Below, piece after piece: positions 54,735-64,000 of a stretch of DNA of 64,000 bases (positions are counted from its first letter, which is position 1; the number at the start of each line of letters is the position of its first letter). The notes beneath the pieces were generated by a model. That model had not been told where the DNA came from and did no database searches. It saw only the letters and a list, made by a program, of their open reading frames with translations. The stretch spans positions 13,640,001-13,704,000 of the forward strand of contig OZ024753.1 in the NCBI GenBank assembly GCA_964016885.1. Direction: 5' to 3'. The stretch comes from Eledone cirrhosa. Taxonomy: Eukaryota. Position numbers and translations under genes: made by a program.

Positions 54735-54986
54735 ACTAGAAATTGATTGACACACACATATATATATATATATAAAATAAACATATGAAACAAACACAGG
54801 GAATAATTTGTAAAGTGTGTAATCTTTGAGCATATTCTCCAGTGGATATGGCGCATGTCTCTCGGACATGACACCCTTAATTTAATTTTGGATATATATA
54901 TATATATATATATATATATCCAGTGAATTTCCAACCGATAAGGTATGATTTTCATGGGTATGTCTTTATTTATAAAACAAACTTTG

Positions 54987-55051
54987 TATTTTATCTGATG
55001 AAAGCGTACCAATGTTGTCTTGGTTACCCTTGAAATATATATAATAAAATA
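54987..55051 (+). ncRNA. Type I hammerhead motif (HH family 1, copy 3)
   Basis: Stem I tattttat/ataaaata fully Watson-Crick; longer loop II. Confidence 0.75.
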
Positions 55052-55093
55052 AATATGGTTTTATAAATATAGTTTCCATTTATTTAATATCAT

Positions 55094-55138
<45 letters not shown>

Positions 55139-55295
55139 TTTTTTCTTTTTCTTTATCTCCGTCTTTTTCTAATTGTGCTTAACACTATGACTTATTAAAA
55201 CAATATAAACAATTCATTATCCAGACAGCCTCCAAAAGTAATGGTTGTATTTTAAAAGGGTACGTCAAAGCTATTTGTAAAACTGTTATATATTG

Positions 55296-55360
55296 TATTT
55301 TGTCTGATGAAGGCATACCATAATTTAATATGGTATCCCTGAAATATGTATAATGAAATA
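55296..55360 (+). ncRNA. Type I hammerhead motif (HH family 1, diverged copy 4)
   Basis: Stem II ataccata/tatggtat versus gtacca/tggtac (compensatory change); core intact. Confidence 0.78.
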
Positions 55361-56119
55361 AAGATGGTTTTATAAATATAGTTTCCATTTATTAATATCG
55401 TATATCTACTCCAAAAACTTGTCGAGTGCTTTATATCAGTTATAAAAATATTTACTTGTTGTATCCCAACAACTTTAAATAGAACTTTTGCATATATATC
55501 TATATATATATATAAATGAAAGGTATAGAAATTGTTTTAGCGAGAAGCTAACAGTATTCTATAACATATATGCGACTATGTCGTCAAGATGGGAAAAATA
55601 ATTAACGTAAGATGTAGGAAAAATAATTCAAACTCATCTCAAAAGAGAATCAGGATATAAATTCATCCACAGAATTTAGTGAAATCCAGGGAAAAATCCA
55701 TAGACCCTTAACTCGTGATAAAATAAAGTTTAAAACACCTATCCTTCAATTTGGAAAAACATCAAATGCTCTGTATAGTCTTATATATATATATATATAT
55801 ATTTATCTGTCATCCAGGGACAACAAATATTTCAGCAGTATCAATTCAACATCATCATCATCATTGTTGTCACCATCATCATGATCGCTGTAGGCCAGCA
55901 TCCTTACCATCATCATCATCATCATCATCACAGGCCAGCAGCCTTCTTAGCCACCACCACCCTGCCCTACAGCCCTGTGGTGATGATGTTCAGTGTTAGC
56001 AGCTATCTGACATTGACCTATAAGAAACACATCTGTTCACTGACCTCACTCATCACAAGATGTGTTCTTCCTTAACCCACCCTGCTATTTCTGGTGGGTG
56101 TAGGGCAGTGGGTGGAAGA

Positions 56120-57054
56120 TCTCTCCTTCTCCTTCACCCTCTCTTCCATCCTCTTTCTTTCTCTCTCCCACTCTTTCTCTCTCACACTCTTTCTCTCCCT
56201 CCTTCTTTGAATTACTCCATCTCTCTCATGCTCAACTTCTCTCCCTCCCCATCTCCTCCTCCCCTCCCCCACTCATCCCCCACTCATCCCCCCACTCCTC
56301 TCCATCTCCTCCCCTCGACCCCCCCAGCTCCTCCCCCGCTCCCCCCCTCCTCCCCCTCCTTCCCTGCTCCTCCTCCCCCCGCTCCTTCCCCACTCCTTCC
56401 CTTGCTCCTTCCCCCCACTCCTTCCCCATCTTCTTCCCCCATCCTTCCCCCTCTCCTTCCCCCTCTCCTTCCCCCTCTCCTTCCCCCTCTCCTTCCCCCC
56501 TCTTCTTCCCCATCTTCTCCCCCCTCCCTTTCTCTCTCTCTCCCTCTTCATTTCTCCCCCTCTCTTATACCCTCTCCCCCCACTCTCTTTTGCCCTATAA
56601 ATAGATGGTGCCCTATTTATGTGTCATGTGAGTGTGGGCGTGTGTGTGTGTGTATGTATGTGTGTGTGTGGGGTTGTTGTCTGTGTGTGTGTGTGGGTTT
56701 GTCTGTAAAGGGCTCTCACTCACCTATGACTAGATATTGCCCTATTTGTGTGTGCCCCCATGTGTGTGTGTATGTTCATGTGTGTCCATGTCCAGGTTTG
56801 TATATGTGCAAGTCTGTGTGTGTGTCCATGTGTATGTATGTATGTATGTGTTCATGTGTGTATGCATACAAGTGTCCATGTGTGTGTCTGTGTGTGTCTG
56901 TTTGTGTCCATGTGTGTATGCATATAAGTGTGGTTGTGCATCTGTATGTGTGCATCTGCATATGTCCATGTGTATATGTGTGAGTGCATCTGTATGTGTG
57001 CATATGTCCATGTGTATATGTGTGAGTGCATCTGCATGTGTGAGCATCCATGTG

Positions 57055-57085
<31 letters not shown>

Positions 57086-57110
57086 CCATGTGTATATATG
57101 TGTGTGTGGG
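56120..57110. repeat. Pyrimidine-rich (CCT/CT) tract followed by GT-rich degenerate repeat
   Basis: Direct reading. Confidence 0.9.
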
Positions 57111-57334
57111 TAAGAGATAAAAACCATTCCCATCTAAACCCATGCTAGCGTGGAAGATAGACGTTAAACGATGATGATGAGGATATGGATGGATGGATAC
57201 ACATACTCTCTCTCTCTCTCTCTGAGAGCTTCTGTATTTTCTGTCTACCTAATCTCACACCAGGCATTGGTAAACCTGAGGCTATTGTAGAAGACACTTG
57301 CCCAAGTTGTAAACCATGAGGTTTCTTAGGTGTT

Positions 57335-57749
57335 TTAACCCTTTAGCAATCACATTACTCTATTGGATTGGCAGTATCAGTAGAGGGTCGGACGCCATGC
57401 TTTCCAGCATAGTTACGTCCCTTTACGATCTGAGTTCAAATCCCACCGAGGTTGACTTTGCCTTTCATCCTTACGGGGTCGATAAAATAAAGTACCAGTA
57501 ATGCACTGGGTATTTGCTGGCCTTGTGCCTAAAGTAGAAACAATTACTCTATATATACTATTGTATTTTCATGGTAAATGCTTTCCCTCTCATAATTATC
57601 TAACATAATATCGAATCTGAGATTTTGAAATTATTTATTTTGAGAACAATACCTTAACATCAGTTTGAGTGTCCAGTTACAGCCAGTTTCAATGGAAAAA
57701 AGTAGAGAATTCTGGCTGGTTTTGGCCTGTTTGAACATTAAAGGGTTAA
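57335..57749. mobile_element. piggyBac-type MITE with nested SINE A (57363-57545, TSD ATTACTCTAT)
   Basis: TTAA ends; TSD on both sides of the SINE. Confidence 0.85.
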
Positions 57750-58636
57750 TGAGAGGAGCCCCAGTCCCATCATGTTGTTATTACAGTTCATACCTATGTA
57801 GGTTTAGCTGGACTCCTTCCTACATGGTTGTATCTCATAGGAGGTTTCCTGGGTGTTTTAATGATATTATGGTGTGAGATATCACACAAGGCCTAAATGA
57901 GGTTAAAGTGGAATCTGTCTGGGTTGTGGCATGGTGGTGGAATTAACAAGTGCTAGGTCCAAACCAGATTAACAATTCAAAACGGATGTGAAAACTTTGA
58001 TTATGATGATGATGATGATTGGTTCAATCAACTTTATCTATTTCTATGACATATCAGTTGAATTTGATAAAGAAATTCACCTAGCACATTGCTGATGAAT
58101 CATTTTAGCCCACTGTGTCAACATTTTAAATTCTTTAACCCTTTCATTACTATATTTCTAATGAAAGACACTGTCTGTCATTAACCCTTTCATTACTATA
58201 TTTCAAATGAACGACACTGTCTGTCATTAACCCTTTCATTATTATATTTCAAATGAACGACACTGTCTATGTCATTAACCCTTTCATTACCATATTTCTA
58301 ATTAAAGACACTACCTATGGTTTCCAGATAATTTGGAAATAAAATGATTTGGAGGGATTTAGTAATATAATTAGCCTTCTTGTTATTTATTTGCTGTTTG
58401 GGGCATAGCTTAAAGTTTCTTATATTAAAAAATTATGGAAATTTTTAGATAAATATAAACACTGTAAATATAGTTGGTGTTAGGAAGGGCATCCAGCCAT
58501 AGAAACCAAGACAGAAACAGTTCTGTATGAGCAAGACATGATCATCTGATCTGGCTTGTCTCACAACAGGACAACTCGCTTAACCCATGCTAGCGTGGAA
58601 AAATGGACGTTAAACAATGATGATGATAAACACCTA

Positions 58637-59630
58637 TAAGGGTTGGCTGAAAAGTTCATAAGCTGACCAAGATACTCTCATGGAATGACCAACTGAGGTT
58701 TATTTTTCAACATAGTCCCTGGAAAGAAACAATTCAGAAAAGAATCTTAATCTTTTCATTTGAGCAGATGAGGGTCGGGTTAAAGGTTGATAGACTGACC
58801 AAGATACTCTCATGGTTTGACCAAATGAGGTTTATTTTTCAACATAGTTTCTGGAAAGAAATAATGCGGTTAATAATAATAAGAATTGAAATTAATGCAT
58901 GCAAGATTTCACAGCTCTAGCATCATTCCTTCATAGACTGACCAAGATACTCATGGTATGACCAAATGAGGTTTATTTTTCAACATAGTTTCTGGAAAGA
59001 AATAATTGTTTCTACTTTAGGCACAAGGCCAGCAATTACCCAGTGCATTACTGGTACTTTATTTTATCGACCCCGTAAGGATGAAAGGCAAAGTCAACTT
59101 CGGCGGGATTTGAACTCAGATCGTAAAGGGACGTAACTATGCTGGAAAGTATGGCGTCTGACCCTCTACTGATACTGCCAATCCACTGCCAAAGAAATAA
59201 TTGTTTCTACTTTTGGCACAAGGCCAGCAATTATTCCAGTGTATTACTGGTACTTTATTTTATCGACCCCTTAAGGATGAAAGGCAAAGTTAACCTCGGC
59301 GGGTTTTGAACTCAGTCCGTAAAGGGACGTAACTGTGCTGCAAAGCATGGCGTCCGACCCTCTACCGATACTGCCAATCCACTGCCAAAGAAATAATGCA
59401 GTTTATTAAGAAGAATTAAAATTAATGCATGCAAGATTTCACAGCTCTAGCATCAATACTTCATAGACTGGCCAAGATACTCTCTTGGTTTGACCAAATG
59501 AGGTTTATTTTTCAACATAGTTCCTGGAAAAAAAATAATGCGGTTATTAATAAGAATTGAAATTAATGCATGCAAGATTTCACAGCCCTAGCATAATTCC
59601 TTCATAGTAAGCCTATGAACTTTTCAGGCC
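58637..59630. mobile_element. mariner-type MITE with internal tandem duplications and two nested SINE A copies (59000-59386, minus strand)
   Basis: GGCTGAAAAGTTCATAAGCT / AGCCTATGAACTTTTCAG ends; GACCAAGATACTCTCATGG unit x4. Confidence 0.75.
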
Positions 59631-59641
59631 ATGTATTTTAG

Positions 59642-60130
59642 GGCATACGTTAAGACGGGCGTTGCGGAAAGTGAAAGTAAATTTTTTGACAACAATGTGA
59701 ATTTTTTTTTTTTTTTTTTTTTACAGTGAAAGTTACGATACACACGCAATTGTATGGATTTCTTAATATATATATATGTGTGGGTGTGTATATATGTGTG
59801 TACACTGTGAATTTGTTTGTTTATTTACAACAGGTCTCTATAGTGATATGGTGTTAATTAGTATTGCGTGTGTGATTATTTTTTCTTTAGATAGATGTTA
59901 AACGATGATGACACAAACACGTATATATATACAAACACACACATATATATATACATACAGACACACATATATATACACACATATACACACCCACACATAT
60001 ATATATATTAAGAAATCCATACAGTTGCGTGTGTATCGTAACTTTCATTGTAAAAAAAAAAAAAAAAAAAAAATTCACATTGTTGTCAAATTTACTTTCA
60101 CTTTCCGCATCGCCCATCTTAACGTATGCC
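59642..60130. mobile_element. Mutator-like (MULE) MITE: ~160-bp TIRs, perfect 9-bp TSD GTATTTTAG
   Basis: GGCATACGTTAAGA...TCTTAACGTATGCC; TSD at 59633-59641 and 60131-60139. Confidence 0.88.
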
Positions 60131-60577
60131 GTATTTTAGTTTTAGGTAAATGTTTATAACATGATATTGTTGAGAAAGATTTTCTGTGTTTCTTCTCATA
60201 TCATTGCTGACATGTCAGAGGTTACCATCTATAACCTCACATAATTGAACAGAAATGTATGTTGAATAATGTGTATATTTACCACTGCACAACGTTTTCT
60301 CTTCTCACGTGTATAATGGTTTCTGAGTTAGGCACAAGGCCAGCAATTTTGTGGGGAGGGGAAAGTCGATTAAATAGTACACTCTGTAGAGTGGTTGTGT
60401 TCTGGAAATCAAACTGTCATAGAAAACCTGTCAAACAATGGGTCAAGAGGACGCATCAGTTTTGACGAGGCCATAACAACGTCGCTAATGTAGGTGTCAA
60501 TGAAATGCATCTAGTACAGCGGTTAGTGGTTAATTTTAGGAAGAGCATAGAAAACCTGCCCAACAATGGGTCTAGAG

Positions 60578-61658
60578 CAGGCATGTCAAACATGCGGCCC
60601 GTGGCTTGCATGTGGCTCTTTACAAGCAAACCTGTGGCCCGCACAAAGATTTTAACAGCGCTAGCATGTTTTATCTTTGTAATATAAAATGAAAAAAATA
60701 GTTGTAATGTACGCTATTAGTTGTCATGTGTGGCCCTCAGATAACACATATGTCACCCATGTGGCCCTCGGAGGAGCCCCAGTTGTCATGTGTGACCCTC
60801 AGACAACACGTGACCCATGTGGCCCTCAGACAACACACACGTGACCCATGTGGCCCTCAGACAACACATACGTGACCCATGTGGCCCTCAGACAACACAT
60901 ACGTGACCCATGTGGCCCTCAGACAACACATATGACCCATGTGGCCCTCAGACAACACATATGACCCATGTGGCCCTCAGACAACACATACGTCACCCAT
61001 GTGGCCCTCAGACAACACATACGTCACCCATGTGGCCCTCGGAGGAGCCCCAGTTGTCATGTGTGACCCTCAGACAACACGTGACCCATGTGGCCCTCAG
61101 ACAACACATATGTGACTCATGTGGCCCTCGGAGGAGCCCAGTTGTCATATGTGACCCTCAGACAACACATGTGGCCCTCAGACAACACATATGTGACCCA
61201 TGTGGCCCTCGGAGGAGCCCCAGTTGTCATGTGACCCTCAGACAACACATGTGACTCATGTGGCCCTCAGACAACACATATGTGACTCATGTGGCCCTCG
61301 GAGGAGCCCCAGTTGTCATGTGACCCTCAGACAACACATGTGACCCATGTGGCCCTCAGACAACACATATGTGACCCATATGGCCCTCGGAGGAGCCCCA
61401 GTTGTCATGTGTGACCCTCAGACAACACATGTGACTCATGTGGCCCTCAGACAACACATATGTGACCCATATGGCCCTCGGAGGAGCCCCAGTTGTCATG
61501 TGTGACCCTCAGACAACACATGTGACTCATGTGGCCCTCAGACAACACATATGTGACCCATATGGCCCTCGGAGGAGCCCCAGTTGTCATGTGTGACCCT
61601 CAGACAACACATATGTGAGCCATGTGGCCCTCGGAGGACCCTCAGTTTGACATGCCTG
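60578..61658. mobile_element. hAT MITE (same family as 47834) expanded by an internal minisatellite
   Basis: TIRs CAGGCATGTCAAAC / GTTTGACATGCCTG; TSD GTCTAGAG / GTCCCGAG; GTGGCCCTCAGACAACAC array at ~60720-61645. Confidence 0.9.
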
Positions 61659-61887
61659 GTCCCGAGGACTTTTCAGTTATAACGAGGCCATAACAATCTC
61701 ACTAATGTTGGTGTCACAACAAAATGCATCCAGTACAGTGGTTAGTGGTTAATTTTAGGAAGAGCATCCAACCATAGAAAACCTGCCAAACAATGGGTCT
61801 AGAGGACTTTTCAGTTGTGTCAATAATGACCAACAACCTCCCTAGTTTTGGTTCCAAGATAAAACATGCCCAGTACTTGGTGCAGAG

Positions 61888-63301
61888 CAGTGGTCGCCAA
61901 CCGGTGGTCCGCGAGAAAATTTTGGTGGTTCGTAGAAAAATTTTAATGTATTTATCTTTTTAAAAAAATTCATATTAGTTGTCCATGAGATTTAAAATTA
62001 TGAATTTAGTGGTCCATGAGATTTAAAATTATGAATTTAGTGGTCCATGAGATTTAAAATTATGAATTTAGTGGTCCATGAGATTTAAAATTATGAATTT
62101 AGTGGTCCATGAGATTTAAAATTATGAATTTAGTGGTCCATGAGATTTAAAATTATGAATTTAGTGGTTCATGGGATTTAAAATTATGAATTTAGTGGTC
62201 CTGGGATTTAAAATTATGAATTTAGTGGTCCTGGGATTTAAAATTATGAATTTAGTGGTTCATGGGATTTAAAATTATGAATTTAGTGGTTCATGGGATT
62301 TAAAATTATGAATTTAGTGGTTCATGGGATTTAAAATTATGAATTTAGTGGTTCATGGGATTTAAAATTATGAATTTAGTGGTTCATGGGATTTAAAATT
62401 ATGAATTTAGTGGTCCTGGGATTTAAAATTATGAATTTAGTGGTCCTGGGATTTAAAATTATGAATTTAGTGGTCCTGGGATTTAAAATTATGAATTTAG
62501 TGGTTCATGGGATTTAAAATTATGAATTTAGTGGTTCATGGGATTTAAAATTATGAATTTAGTGGTCCATGAGATTTAAAATTATGAATTTAGTGGTCCA
62601 TGAGATTTAAAATTATGAATTTAGTGGTCCATGAGATTTAAAATTATGAATTTAGTGGTCCTGGGATTTAAAATTATGAATTTAGTGGTCCTGGGATTTA
62701 AAATTATGAATTTAGTGGTTCATGGGATTTAAAATTATGAATTTAGTGGTCCATGAGATTTAAAATTATGAATTTAGTGGTCCATGAGATTTAAAATTAT
62801 GAATTTAGTGGTCCATGAGATTTAAAATTATGAATTTAGTGGTCCTGGGATTTAAAATTATGAATTTAGTGGTCCTGGGATTTAAAATTATGAATTTAGT
62901 GGTTCATGGGATTTAAAATTATGAATTTAGTGGTTCATGGGATTTAAAATTATGAATTTAGTGGTCCTGGGATTTAAAATTATGAATTTAGTGGTTCATG
63001 GGATTTAAAATTATGAATTTAGTGGTTCATGGGATTTAAAATTATGAATTTAGTGGTTCATGGGATTTAAAATTATGAATTTAGTGGTTCATGGGATTTA
63101 AAATTATGAATTTAGTGGTTCATGGGATTTAAAATTATGAATTTAGTGGTTCATGGGATTTAAAATTATGAATTTAGTGGTCCTGGGATTTAAAATTATG
63201 AATTTAGTGGTCCTGGGATTTAAAATTATGAATTTAGTGGTCCTGGGATTTAAAATTATGAATTTAGTTGTCCATGAGGTCTGAAAGGTTGGTGACCGCT
63301 G
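61888..63301. mobile_element. hAT MITE with ~42 copies of an internal 30/31-bp repeat
   Basis: TIRs CAGTGGTCGCCAACC / GGTTGGTGACCGCTG; unit GTGGTCCATGAGATTTAAAATTATGAATTTA. Confidence 0.85.
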
Positions 63302-63514
63302 ATGTAGACTATGAGAATTGTATGTAAGTGAAATTCAGCCTGTCTCTGGCTCATCTCTGACTTGGTGTGTGATGACCTTTCCAACCCTTGCTAACACTAG
63401 AAAATAGGTGTTAAATGATGATAATGGTGATGATGATGTATGAAGGAATGGTGCATGCTGAATAGTTGTGGTCCTGATATTATCATCAAAGCAACATATG
63501 GTCTAGCAGCAGTA

Positions 63515-64000
63515 ATGTGGTGGGTGGTGGCAGTGGTTTTGTGGGGTGATGGGTTGGTGTTGTTGTTGGTGGTGGTGGTGATGATGGGTTGGTGTTGTTG
63601 TTGTTGGTGGTGGTGATGATGGGTTGGTGTTGTTGGTGGTGTTGGTGGTGATGATGATGGGTTGGTGTTGTTGTTGGTGGTGATGATGGGTTGGTGTTGT
63701 TGGTGGTGGTGGTGATGATGGGTTGTTGTTGTTGTTGGTGATGATGGGTTGGTGTTGTTGGTGGTGGTGGTGATGATGGGTTGGTGTTGTTGTTGGTGGT
63801 GATGATGGGTTGGTGTTGTTGGTGGTGGTGGTGGTGGTGGTGATGATGGGTTGTTGTTGTTGTTGGTGATGATGGGTTGGTGTTGTTGGTGGTGGTGGTG
63901 ATGATGGGTTGGTGTTGTTGTTGGTGGTGATGATGGGTTGGTGTTGTTGGTGGTGGTGGTGGTGGTGATGATGGGGTGGTGGTGGTGGTGATGGGGTGGT
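63515..64000. repeat. (GGT/GTT/GAT)n compound repeat
   Basis: Direct reading. Confidence 0.95.

Overview
Repeat-dominated animal intronic/intergenic DNA; the SINE repertoire suggests an octopod cephalopod (inference). No host gene is clearly supported, apart from one weak signal-peptide exon candidate at 39.5 kb. The long ORFs in the track are either LINE fragments or microsatellite artefacts. Contents: three RTE-clade LINE families, a CR1 fragment, a Penelope-like (PLE) 3' remnant, a deleted mariner, hAT/piggyBac/Mutator/mariner MITEs, many tRNA-SINEs, a 5.2-kb 32-bp satellite with higher-order structure, and several minisatellites and giant TA tracts. The most interesting signal is a hidden layer of short non-coding elements sitting in or beside microsatellites, mostly (TA)n. 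They carry type I hammerhead ribozyme motifs (11 motifs read by eye, 7 unrelated sequence types, one family with a compensatory stem change), often as fold-back palindromes. Several share a YACTC...GAGTR stem/pseudoknot 40-70 nt downstream. This looks like a diverse PLE-mobilised, retrozyme-like RNA parasite system. All folds were derived by eye, not computed; coordinates are approximate to a few bases.
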